Shown here: one piece after another, positions 9,642 to 18,176 of the stretch
Layout: every line of letters begins with the position of its first letter
How positions within the stretch are numbered: position 1 is the stretch's first letter
From: Bdellovibrio sp.
GTDB taxonomy: Bacteria > Bdellovibrionota > Bdellovibrionia > Bdellovibrionales > Bdellovibrionaceae
Length of the DNA stretch: 64,000 bases
Direction of reading: 5' to 3'
Assembly: GCA_036676395.1 (NCBI GenBank)
Contig: JAKFCY010000002.1
Location: 1,664,001-1,728,000 of the forward strand
Notes under the pieces: generated by a model
The model's input: the letters and a program-made list of their open reading frames with translations, nothing else
What the model was told of the DNA's origin: nothing
Databases searched by the model: none
Program-made: the position numbers and the translations under genes

Positions 9642-10652
9642 ATGCGTGGATTTGGCAGCGATAATCATTCCGGAGTACATCCTGAAATTTTACAGACTAT
9701 AACAACGGCTAACGTTGGCCACGCCCCTAGTTACGGCACTGATCCAATAACAGAAAAATGCCAGCAGGCTTTTAAAAACTTTTTCGGCAAATCCTGCGAA
9801 GCTTTTTTTGTGTTTAACGGCACTGCGGCCAATGTTTTATCATTAAAAACTTTAATGAAAAGTTATGAATCGTGTTTTGTAACTGACATCAGCCATCTGA
9901 ATCTTGATGAGTGTGGCGCTCCAGAATTTTTTGCCGGAAAACTAATTCCGGTAAAATCTATTGATGGAAAATTAACAATCAGCGAACTAGAAAAACATTT
10001 AATTCGACTAGGCGATCAACACTACACGCAACCCCGCGTAGTGAGCCTGACTCAGCCAACCGAAGTCGGCACTTTATATTCATTGGATGAAATTAAGGCC
10101 ATCACGACATGGGCTAAGAAAAACAATCTCTTCATCCACATGGATGGCGCTAGATTTACCAATGCCGTTTATAAATTAAATTGCAGCATGCAACAACTGA
10201 CTGTTGATCTAGGTATAGATGTTTTATCTTTTGGTGGCACTAAGAATGGCTTAATGTTCGGCGAAGCTGTTGTTATCTTAAACCCGGCATTAGCAAAAGA
10301 TTTCAAATATATTCGCAAACAAGCGGCACAATTACCTTCTAAAACTCGCTTTATCGCAGCACAATTTCTGGCTTTTTTTAATGATGATTTATATCTAAAA
10401 ATTGCGAAACATTCTTGTGATATGGCTCAGTATTTTTTAGAAACACTTCAAGGCAAATTGAAAATCAACTACACTGTGCAAAGCAATGCGATATTTGCCG
10501 AAATTCCTCAGCCTTTAATTAAAACACTAAAACAGCAGTATTTTTTCTATGTCTGGGATGAAAAAACTTTTGAGTGCCGTCTGATGACTAGCTGGGACAC
10601 TCAGAAATCAGATATTGAAGGCTTTTGTAAAGCCCTCAATGAAGTTCTATAG
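9642..10652 (+). CDS. ltaE: Low-specificity L-threonine aldolase
   Basis: FGSDN, VFNGTAAN, QPTEVGT, HMDGARF, SFGGTKNG (PLP Lys). Confidence 0.9.
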   Translation: MRGFGSDNHSGVHPEILQTITTANVGHAPSYGTDPITEKCQQAFKNFFGKSCEAFFVFNGTAANVLSLKTLMKSYESCFVTDISHLNLDECGAPEFFAGKLIPVKSIDGKLTISELEKHLIRLGDQHYTQPRVVSLTQPTEVGTLYSLDEIKAITTWAKKNNLFIHMDGARFTNAVYKLNCSMQQLTVDLGIDVLSFGGTKNGLMFGEAVVILNPALAKDFKYIRKQAAQLPSKTRFIAAQFLAFFNDDLYLKIAKHSCDMAQYFLETLQGKLKINYTVQSNAIFAEIPQPLIKTLKQQYFFYVWDEKTFECRLMTSWDTQKSDIEGFCKALNEVL

Positions 10653-11309
10653 TTGTTTGATCGTTTGCAATATTAAAGCGGCATGCCCTTCAGCTTTAAC
10701 CTTACGGTATTCACCGATGATTTTATTGTTTTCATCAATGATAAAAGTAGAGCGTTCAACACCCAGAACTTTTTTGCCGTACATATTTTTCTCTTTGATC
10801 ACGTCGAAAAATTGACAAAGCTTTTCTTCAGTATCAGCTAACAATTCAAATTTAAAATCGCAGGCTTGAATAAATTTATCGTGGGATTTTAAACTGTCTC
10901 TGGAAATACCGTAAATAATGGTGTTTAACTTTTTGAAATCTTTTAAAAAAGAATTAAATTCATTACCTTGAATTGTACAACCCGGAGTGTTGTCTTTAGG
11001 GTAAAAGTATAAAACTGTCTTGTGGCCTTTTAGATCTTGCAGACTAATTGACTTTCCTGACGAAGACTCGACGGTTAAATTAGGTAATGATTTTCCTAGC
11101 ATCTTAACGTCCGTAAGGTTGTTGCGGAGGTTGGTTTTGGTCGTCTTGGTTTTGGACTTCGTCTTGGTTTTGGACTTCGTCTGGGCTAACTTCGCCGGTG
11201 CCCGAGACGCTTTGCGCGTTGGCTTCGCCGCCTTCTGCTTCATTGAAGTATTCCGGCTCTGCGGTGTGCGGCGTGTTTTCTTCTTTAGCACTTTCTTCTT
11301 TTTGGCCAT
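10647..11309 (-). CDS. bcp: BCP-type peroxiredoxin, possibly with a Lys/Arg-rich N-terminal extension (short start at 11102)
   Basis: YFYPKDNTPGCT, GISRD, ERSTFII; AGAGG SD before the ATG at 11309. Confidence 0.92.
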   Translation of the reverse strand: MAKKKKVLKKKTRRTPQSRNTSMKQKAAKPTRKASRAPAKLAQTKSKTKTKSKTKTTKTNLRNNLTDVKMLGKSLPNLTVESSSGKSISLQDLKGHKTVLYFYPKDNTPGCTIQGNEFNSFLKDFKKLNTIIYGISRDSLKSHDKFIQACDFKFELLADTEEKLCQFFDVIKEKNMYGKKVLGVERSTFIIDENNKIIGEYRKVKAEGHAALILQTIKQL

Positions 11310-12168
11310 CTTTTACATCCTCTTTAGGAACTTCTTTAGTTTCTTCGTCGGCTTTTTCTAAACCCAGAAGTTTATTTTGCATGTCAGTGAAATCATCTTT
11401 AACTTTAATTTCTTTTTCAATGATCGAAATTTTTCCTGACATGGGCACAGTCATATTGATTTTTTTCGTTTCGATTAAATCTTTGTACTGCCCGCCTTCG
11501 ATCACTAATTCATCAGCTTGGTTACGGTTAAATTCATACTTTTTAATTTTTAACTCATAAAGATTAATATCTAAACCGGTTATGCGCGGGGAAAAAACGG
11601 TATCTTTGCAATTGAACGACTGCACCTTGTTATCTTTGATTGAAAATTGACAGACTCTTTCTGGATTAATACCCGCCGCATTACCTAAAATGACTTTCCA
11701 ATTAGGGGTAAAAAAGACAACGGTTAACTTATGTCTATTCACCACATCTTCGCTGATCTCGGCTAATTTTTTTGCGGGCTTTGTACATTCGCTAAAAATT
11801 TCAAACTTTTTAGTTCCCGCGCGCACAGCTATTTTTTGGCAACCAAAACCAGGCAAAAAGCCGGTTTTAGCCCCATTAAACTTATCAAATCCAAAAGCTA
11901 GCACTTCGAACTGATTAACATCAGGAGCACTGGCTTCAAGAATAAGCTTTAACACTTCTTTTTCAAGACTTGCGATAAACTTAAGATTACCAGTTAACAT
12001 TTTCGCAAATGCCACTTCATCATTTAAAGTTTGCGAGGCCAGCGGCGCAACGACGGTGACAGGAGTTGTAACGACTTCTTCTTCGCTCTTCGTTGCAGGA
12101 AGGTCTTTTTTTGTGCAACTAAAGAGCAAAGCCAGCGTGATACATGTCGTTATGAATATCAGTTTCAT
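11104..12168 (-). CDS. Hypothetical lipoprotein with acidic low-complexity tail
   Basis: LLFSC lipobox; tail DEVQNQDEVQNQDDQNQ. Confidence 0.75.
   Translation of the reverse strand: MKLIFITTCITLALLFSCTKKDLPATKSEEEVVTTPVTVVAPLASQTLNDEVAFAKMLTGNLKFIASLEKEVLKLILEASAPDVNQFEVLAFGFDKFNGAKTGFLPGFGCQKIAVRAGTKKFEIFSECTKPAKKLAEISEDVVNRHKLTVVFFTPNWKVILGNAAGINPERVCQFSIKDNKVQSFNCKDTVFSPRITGLDINLYELKIKKYEFNRNQADELVIEGGQYKDLIETKKINMTVPMSGKISIIEKEIKVKDDFTDMQNKLLGLEKADEETKEVPKEDVKDGQKEESAKEENTPHTAEPEYFNEAEGGEANAQSVSGTGEVSPDEVQNQDEVQNQDDQNQPPQQPYGR
11141..11182. repeat. 18-bp tandem repeat (about 2.3 copies)
   Basis: TCGTCTTGGTTTTGGACT x2 plus TCGTCT. Confidence 0.85.
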
Positions 12169-12279
12169 GGCCTTATTATGCTGTTTCTTGTTTTCATTTT
12201 ACAAGTTTTAGTTGAAAATATTTAAACAAATTAGCAACACGACAAGTGCGTGTCGAAGACACGATAAAGGGAAAGTTTA

Positions 12280-13959
12280 ATGGAAAAAATTTGGCTTAAG
12301 AAGTACCCAAAAGTTGTACCGCATGTCATCGAAACTGATGAATATTCAAATATTTTAGAAGTATTTGATGAATCAGTGCGAAAATTTCGCAATAAAGTGG
12401 CCTTCAAAAACTTTGGAACTAGCTTAACTTTCCACGACCTAGATGTATTATCTGGCCAATTTGCATCGTATTTGCAAAATGATCTTGGATTAAAAAAAGG
12501 CGATAAAATCGCTATTCAAATGCCAAACGTTTTACAGTTTCCGGTAGCCCTTTTTGGAGCTATGCGCGCTGGTCTAATCATTGTAAATACAAATCCACTT
12601 TATACCGCGACTGAAATGAAACACCAATTCAGCGATTCAGGCGCAACAACATTAGTGATCTTGGCACAATTTGCTCACTTGTATGAAAAAATTCAAGGAC
12701 AAACCCCAATTAAAAATGTGATCGTAACCGAAGTCGGCGATCTATTGGGTTTTCCGAAAAAACATCTGATTAACTTTGTTTTAAAGCATGTTAAAAAAAT
12801 GGTGCCGGCTTATAACTTTAAACACATAACTTTTGGTGATGCTTTAGATGCAGGGGCTACAAAAACTTATATTCAACCCCTATTAGCCGCAAAAGATATC
12901 GCCTTTTTACAATACACTGGCGGAACAACCGGAGTTTCTAAAGGCGCTATCCTTACCCATGAAAATATTATCGCAAACATGTTACAAATTTGCGCGTGGA
13001 TGCGCCCAAAATTAATCGAAGGCGAAGAGATTTGTTTAACTCCGCTTCCGATGTATCATATTTTTTCTTTAACTGTGAATTGTCTGGCTTTTATGCGCTA
13101 CGGAGCTATGAATATCTTAATCACCAATCCACGTGATATTCCTGGTTTCATTAAAACCATGAAAAAAGAAAAATTCTCGATCATGACTGGTGTAAATACG
13201 CTTTATAACGCCTTAGCAGTTCATCCCGATATTAAAACTGTCGATTTTTCTCATATGAAAATTTCAGTCGCAGGCGCAATGGCTTTACAGGGCGCAGTCA
13301 AAGAACGTTGGAAACAAGCCACCGGCACTGATGTTATCGAAGGTTATGGTTTAACTGAGACATCTCCTGTGGCTTGCGTAAATCCAATTGATGGCACAGA
13401 CAAAGTCGGAACCATCGGCTTACCTGTTCCAAATACAGATATCCGCTTAATTGATGATAACGGCAAAGACGTAACGGCAACTGGAGAACCCGGCGAGTTA
13501 TGCGTTAAAGGTCCACAAGTTATGCAAGGTTATTACAACCGCCCCGATGAAACAGCTAAAGTGCTTAAAGATGGCTGGTTATTAACTGGTGATATCGCTG
13601 TGATGGATTCTGAAGGATTTTTTAAAATCGTCGATCGCAAAAAAGATATGATCTTAGTATCAGGCTTTAACGTTTACCCAAATGAAGTTGAAGATGTTAT
13701 CGCGAAACACCCTAAAGTATTAGAAGTAGCAGCGATTGGTATACCGGATGATCATTCAGGCGAAGTGGTTAAAGTATTTGTTGTTAAAAAAGACGAGTCT
13801 TTAACAGAACAAGAAGTCATCGCACATGCAAAACTTTCAATGACGAATTACAAGGTGCCAAAACACGTTGAGTTCAGAAGTGAAATTCCAAAAACCAATG
13901 TTGGCAAAGTTTTACGTCGGGCCCTACGCGATGAAGAATTAGCAAAATTAAAAAAATAA
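12280..13959 (+). CDS. fadD: Long-chain fatty acid-CoA ligase
   Basis: LQYTGGTTGVSKGA, EGYGLTETSP, TGDIA, VDRKKDMILVSGFNVYPNE, NVGKVLRR. Confidence 0.95.
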   Translation: MEKIWLKKYPKVVPHVIETDEYSNILEVFDESVRKFRNKVAFKNFGTSLTFHDLDVLSGQFASYLQNDLGLKKGDKIAIQMPNVLQFPVALFGAMRAGLIIVNTNPLYTATEMKHQFSDSGATTLVILAQFAHLYEKIQGQTPIKNVIVTEVGDLLGFPKKHLINFVLKHVKKMVPAYNFKHITFGDALDAGATKTYIQPLLAAKDIAFLQYTGGTTGVSKGAILTHENIIANMLQICAWMRPKLIEGEEICLTPLPMYHIFSLTVNCLAFMRYGAMNILITNPRDIPGFIKTMKKEKFSIMTGVNTLYNALAVHPDIKTVDFSHMKISVAGAMALQGAVKERWKQATGTDVIEGYGLTETSPVACVNPIDGTDKVGTIGLPVPNTDIRLIDDNGKDVTATGEPGELCVKGPQVMQGYYNRPDETAKVLKDGWLLTGDIAVMDSEGFFKIVDRKKDMILVSGFNVYPNEVEDVIAKHPKVLEVAAIGIPDDHSGEVVKVFVVKKDESLTEQEVIAHAKLSMTNYKVPKHVEFRSEIPKTNVGKVLRRALRDEELAKLKK

Positions 13960-13982
13960 GTTTTATAACAGGGAGCCCTCGT

Positions 13983-14525
13983 ATGAAAAAGTTAGTTTTA
14001 ATCGCAACTCTAGTTTTAACCTCAACTGCATTTGCACAAAAAAATAAACAGTCTGCTCCACCCGCAGCTGCAGCACAGCCTTCTTACAGCGCTGGCCAAA
14101 AAGTATTCGGTGGCAACATCGGTATGAATCAAAGTGCGTTTAACTTAGGCGTTATGATTGATTCTGGCACTGACACTGGTGATCTTGGGGGATCATTTTT
14201 CTTACAAACAGAAAAAAAAGAAAATGGTGTTGTTGTCGTAACCCAAGTCATGACTTTTGGCGGACATGTTAATTTAAATGTATTTGACCAAGCTGGTTGG
14301 GTTTTAGATTTGCGCCCGGGCATTAATCTTTCGATGCTTCAAGATGTTGGCGCTGGTGGTGATGACAAAACTGTATTTGGCCCATCATTACGCTGGAGTG
14401 TAGCTCGCAGAACTGCTGGCGGTATGGAAATCGGTATTGAACGTTTAGAAATCTGGAACTGGTTTGATGACGAAGCTCCAGGATCTGGCGCATTTACGTC
14501 TTTAGTTTTCAGAACTCGTTTCTAG
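13983..14525 (+). CDS. Outer-membrane beta-barrel protein
   Basis: AFA signal peptide; amphipathic strands; terminal Phe (FRTRF). Confidence 0.75.
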   Translation: MKKLVLIATLVLTSTAFAQKNKQSAPPAAAAQPSYSAGQKVFGGNIGMNQSAFNLGVMIDSGTDTGDLGGSFFLQTEKKENGVVVVTQVMTFGGHVNLNVFDQAGWVLDLRPGINLSMLQDVGAGGDDKTVFGPSLRWSVARRTAGGMEIGIERLEIWNWFDDEAPGSGAFTSLVFRTRF

Positions 14526-14549
14526 TTTTTACAAAAAATTTAGAACTTT

Positions 14550-14589
14550 AAAAAGCCACACTTTCTAACGAAGTGTGGCTTTTATTTTT
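14550..14589 (+). terminator. Intrinsic terminator
   Basis: AAAAGCCACACTT-loop-AAGTGTGGCTTTT followed by ATTTTT. Confidence 0.85.
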
Positions 14590-14637
14590 ACGCAGCTCTC
14601 TTAAGCCGGATGTTGACGGTCGTCAGAGCGCGTCGAT
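14585..14637 (+). repeat. Left inverted repeat flanking the GNAT gene
   Basis: Core 14598-14637 matches the reverse complement of 15278-15317 at 39/40 nt; outer TTTTTACG also shared. Confidence 0.92.
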
Positions 14638-14675
14638 TTATAGACACGCTTCTTAGAAAGATTTAGCATTTAGTA

Positions 14676-15230
14676 GTGAAAAGAGACGAACCATTTAACC
14701 CATTATCTAAAAGCGCTGATACTCCTTTAGGGCTTAAGTTTCGCCTTGCAGAACGTAAAGACTGTTCCGCAGTCAGTAAGCTCATGTCCGAGCGCAATCC
14801 CACCATCGAAGCTTCTCAAATTTTATCTAATATAAATCGTGAGCTAGATCGTGTAGAAACAGATTCCAACTATAAGCTTTATGTAGCCGAACTTAAAAAT
14901 GAAGTTATCGGGTTCTGTCGTTTTTATCATAGCTCTGGGATGCCTGCGCAAAAAAAGATCTATCCAAGCCCTGAAGGTTGGTACGGCATGGGAATTATGG
15001 TGGACTCAAAATTTCGCAGACAGAACATTGCTCACTTTATTTCTTTAAGTAGAATTGAAGTTTTGAAAAAGATGGATGTCAGAGAATTTTACTCTATTGT
15101 TGATTCAAATAATTTAACTTCAATGAGAATGCATCAAGAATTTGGATATATTGAAATTTCGAGAGCAGAAGGTTTTTTGCATTTAAAATTTAATGAAGCA
15201 ACTGGAGTTCTTTTTAAATTGATCATTTAA
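14676..15230 (+). CDS. GNAT family N-acetyltransferase
   Basis: VIGFC, IMVDSKFRRQNIA (motif A), NLTSMRMHQEFGY. Confidence 0.85.
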   Translation: MKRDEPFNPLSKSADTPLGLKFRLAERKDCSAVSKLMSERNPTIEASQILSNINRELDRVETDSNYKLYVAELKNEVIGFCRFYHSSGMPAQKKIYPSPEGWYGMGIMVDSKFRRQNIAHFISLSRIEVLKKMDVREFYSIVDSNNLTSMRMHQEFGYIEISRAEGFLHLKFNEATGVLFKLII

Positions 15231-15277
15231 AGCCTTATCAAAAAAATGGTACTCACAATAACTTTGATTAAGTGCGC

Positions 15278-15330
15278 ATCGACGCGCTCTGACGACGGTC
15301 AACATCCGGCTTAAGAGTAACACGTAAAAA
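15278..15330 (-). repeat. Right inverted repeat flanking the GNAT gene
   Basis: ATCGACGCGCTCTGACGACGGTCAACATCCGGCTTAAGAG...CGTAAAAA. Confidence 0.92.
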
Positions 15331-15345
15331 ACAGTTAAGGATTTT

Positions 15346-16176
15346 TTATTGAGCTAAGATTTTATCGACTTCGCGAAGAATATCTTTAAGTCGTTTTTGA
15401 AAAAATGTCTTTTGCTCAGGCGAGCGGATCTTCCAGATTTCTAAAATAAAATTTTTAAAATCATTTTCAAATATTTCACGCTGTTGTTTATAGGTATCAG
15501 TTCGAATACTGTTGTCACCCGAATAATACGCTAGGCTTAAATCGATCATTTTATCTTTTTGCGGATACAGCTTGATCAAATCGGCATTGAAGATTTTGCG
15601 CATCTGAATTTGCTCTGAATAAAAATTTAAATGTTCATCGAAAAATTTCTCCATTAGCTTTTCTTGGTCTTTCGATAAATCATCGAGAAAAAATTCGGCA
15701 ATTCGCACAAAATTAGATAATTTTTTCTTTTTAAAATATTTTTTATCTGCCGCTTCTTCTTCTTTTTCGCTGATCTGTTCGTCGGTGTATTCTTTGAAAA
15801 CTTTCATCTCAGCATCGCTGACTTCACCAATGACTTTTTCAAAGCTGGGTTTAAACAACAAAATCATATCTTTTTGAAAATTACTGGCATCTTTGCGTAG
15901 CGTTTCGCCTTCGGCATCGGTGATTTGATCTTTTGCCGTTAAGGCTTCAATTTTATGAAGATGTTCTTTAAGTTTAACAAAGAAAACTTTTTTATTCTTA
16001 GTGAATTCAGCCGATAAAAAATGATCGACGTCTTTACTTTTAGACCGTGGTGAAAACTCAAAAGCATCATCGACACGGTTTTTGATTTGATTCGTACCTA
16101 GGCTATACCCCACCCCTACTTTTGAACATGATGCGCACAAGAGTAAAGTTAGTAAATAAAGCCAGAGTTTAATCAT
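15346..16176 (-). CDS. Helical lipoprotein (DUF6279-like)
   Basis: LCASC lipobox; LSKDQ and SPEQKTFFQKRL helical repeats; 4-nt overlap with upstream gene. Confidence 0.65.
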   Translation of the reverse strand: MIKLWLYLLTLLLCASCSKVGVGYSLGTNQIKNRVDDAFEFSPRSKSKDVDHFLSAEFTKNKKVFFVKLKEHLHKIEALTAKDQITDAEGETLRKDASNFQKDMILLFKPSFEKVIGEVSDAEMKVFKEYTDEQISEKEEEAADKKYFKKKKLSNFVRIAEFFLDDLSKDQEKLMEKFFDEHLNFYSEQIQMRKIFNADLIKLYPQKDKMIDLSLAYYSGDNSIRTDTYKQQREIFENDFKNFILEIWKIRSPEQKTFFQKRLKDILREVDKILAQ

Positions 16177-16907
16177 AAGGTGAGCTCCGGAAAGCGTTTA
16201 GCTTTTTCAGCGTCTATGTTTGGGGCATTATAATTTTGATTATAAATGCGCGCACTCTCTGCGGCATTTATAATGTTTCCTAAATAAGTGATTGAAAATA
16301 CCACGCCACTGACAAGTGAAGCCGCATGTAAATCATGATCAGTTAATTCTAAAGTAGCTGATAAGAATAAAGCGTTTAATACAAAAGCCATCGCTCCTGA
16401 TTGCCAAGATCCAGTATAGGCTTGTCCTGCCCCAGGTAAAAAAGCACTCATTGTACCAGCTAAAGCAGGCGATTTTTTCTGCGGCAGATTATCTTTCCAT
16501 AGGTTAAAAGCATCAACGCGTTTTGCTTCTACAGTGTCTTCAGCTTTAGGAAAGTAATAACTTTGGTAAAGTTTAAGTTTTTGCTGATTACCTAATGAAA
16601 ATTTCAGCGGATACACTTTGTGTGATAGATGAAACATTTCATCGCGCTCACCAAGCTCGGTTGCAGCTAATAAGTATCCCCATTGAGCAGCTTCAATATT
16701 TTCAGCGCAGTCAAATTTCAGTGCCATTGAAAATTCTTGCAAGCTTAACAGATACTGTTTACGTCCATAAAGTTCACGACCGCTGTCTAATGCTAAATTT
16801 GAAGATTTACAGAATAAACTTTTAGATGTGTCTGCGGCTAAAAGGTTTTGTGTAAACAACCCGATCAGCAAAGCTGCTATCAGATTTACTCTAAGATTAA
16901 AGTTCAC
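16173..16907 (-). CDS. Exported TPR-like protein with C-terminal TM2-like membrane segment
   Basis: KKSPALAGTMSAFLPGAGQAYTGSW followed by two hydrophobic helices; likely GTG start at 16907. Confidence 0.65.
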   Translation of the reverse strand: MNFNLRVNLIAALLIGLFTQNLLAADTSKSLFCKSSNLALDSGRELYGRKQYLLSLQEFSMALKFDCAENIEAAQWGYLLAATELGERDEMFHLSHKVYPLKFSLGNQQKLKLYQSYYFPKAEDTVEAKRVDAFNLWKDNLPQKKSPALAGTMSAFLPGAGQAYTGSWQSGAMAFVLNALFLSATLELTDHDLHAASLVSGVVFSITYLGNIINAAESARIYNQNYNAPNIDAEKAKRFPELTL

Positions 16908-17283
16908 AATTTTCTGGCGGCAGATCAACGAAGCTAATTCCATGATTATTATTTACCATAGGTAATCCTAAATAACCAGCGTCTGGCTCACGCAGAAAAC
17001 GATCAAATGTTTTAAATAAAGAAGGAATTGTGCCACAGCGTTTCGCCAGATTTTGCGAATACACGCTATCACTTGGAAAGTAATCGCAGCGCGAGAACAA
17101 ACTAGGGCGTAAAACCTGTTGGTACACACTGACTGTGGCACTTTCGGACTCTGTTACAACGCGACTAATTTTTTTTAATTTATAAGTTGAATCGATAGAA
17201 CTGACGTTAGCTGATTGTAAATTAACACAACCAGCTAAGGCTAAAGATAAAAGAAAACTATTTCTTTTGAGAAGTAGAAACAC
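16897..17283 (-). CDS. Lipoprotein with a YidD/haemolytic-like domain
   Basis: LAGC lipobox; YQQVLRP...SRCDYFPSDSVY...DRFLRE resembles YidD YQxxISP...CRFxPTCSxY...RILRC. Confidence 0.65.
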   Translation of the reverse strand: MFLLLKRNSFLLSLALAGCVNLQSANVSSIDSTYKLKKISRVVTESESATVSVYQQVLRPSLFSRCDYFPSDSVYSQNLAKRCGTIPSLFKTFDRFLREPDAGYLGLPMVNNNHGISFVDLPPENCEL

Positions 17284-17608
17284 AGTTGTATTCGTATGTT
17301 CTTTCAGCTTTATACTTTTGAATCCATAAGAATGGAACTAATACAAATACACCACCAGCACATGCGCCAGCGTCGAATTCTTCGCTACGAGAAAATGTGT
17401 AGTAAGCAGGTTCACAACCTGGCTTTTCGATACGAACAGAGTTTGTAGAACCCACGATTTTAGTATCAGTGTGAGTTGCTGTACCAGTTCCTTTAAACTC
17501 GCCATCGATGTAGATTTTAGCTTGTGAATCAGTTGTTCTGATCATTGTTGTTGATGAGCATGATGCAAATAATGCAGCACTTAATACGATTGCGATTGTT
17601 TTTTTCAT
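17258..17608 (-). CDS. PEGA-domain lipoprotein
   Basis: FASC lipobox; AKIYIDGEFKG and VRIEKPG; hydrophobic GACAGGVFVLVPFLW. Confidence 0.75.
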   Translation of the reverse strand: MKKTIAIVLSAALFASCSSTTMIRTTDSQAKIYIDGEFKGTGTATHTDTKIVGSTNSVRIEKPGCEPAYYTFSRSEEFDAGACAGGVFVLVPFLWIQKYKAERTYEYNCVSTSQKK

Positions 17609-17634
17609 GTGTGGATTCCCCTTAGTTGAAACTA

Positions 17635-17664
17635 TAAATGGGTGTTTTTTAAAACACCCATTTA
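17635..17664. terminator. Palindrome / likely terminator after the HiPIP gene
   Basis: TAAATGGGTGTTTT-TT-AAAACACCCATTTA. Confidence 0.65.
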
Positions 17665-17699
17665 TTTAATAAAACATTTGTTATGAAAGCCAGATCTAT

Positions 17700-18080
17700 T
17701 TAAGCTTTTTTAGCCCAAGAACTGCACCAGCCTTCAGCAGTTACCATTTTACCGCCGGTGAATGGCATCTGACATGGAGCTGCTTTTTTACCAGCTGCGC
17801 TAGTTTCTTTTCCAGTCTCATAAAACGCACAATTTTTGCACTTTTGATCTTTAAACTGCACGCCTGCACGAGCATTCATCAACGTTTTGTCTTTTAAAGC
17901 TGTGTTAAGTTCTACGTAATTTACTGATTGAGCTTGGCGATCTTTTGGATCCACAAGTTGTGGTCCTGCTGCTTTAGCTGCGCCACCGCCACGACGACCT
18001 TCTGCACGGGCAACTACTGGTAATAATGCAGCAGCTCCGATTAACATTCCCACTGATTGAAAAAATGATCTTCTATTCAT
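17700..18080 (-). CDS. High-potential iron-sulfur protein (HiPIP), Tat-exported
   Basis: MNRRSFF Tat motif; CKNCAFY...C..F...V.AEGWCSSW. Confidence 0.9.
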   Translation of the reverse strand: MNRRSFFQSVGMLIGAAALLPVVARAEGRRGGGAAKAAGPQLVDPKDRQAQSVNYVELNTALKDKTLMNARAGVQFKDQKCKNCAFYETGKETSAAGKKAAPCQMPFTGGKMVTAEGWCSSWAKKA

Positions 18081-18176
18081 ATGATAAACCTCTTTAGAAT
18101 TTTTGATTAATAGATCTATCATAGCTATTTTCATTTGGTTTTCAATATCAATTTAGGGATGTAACACAAGACCGCA

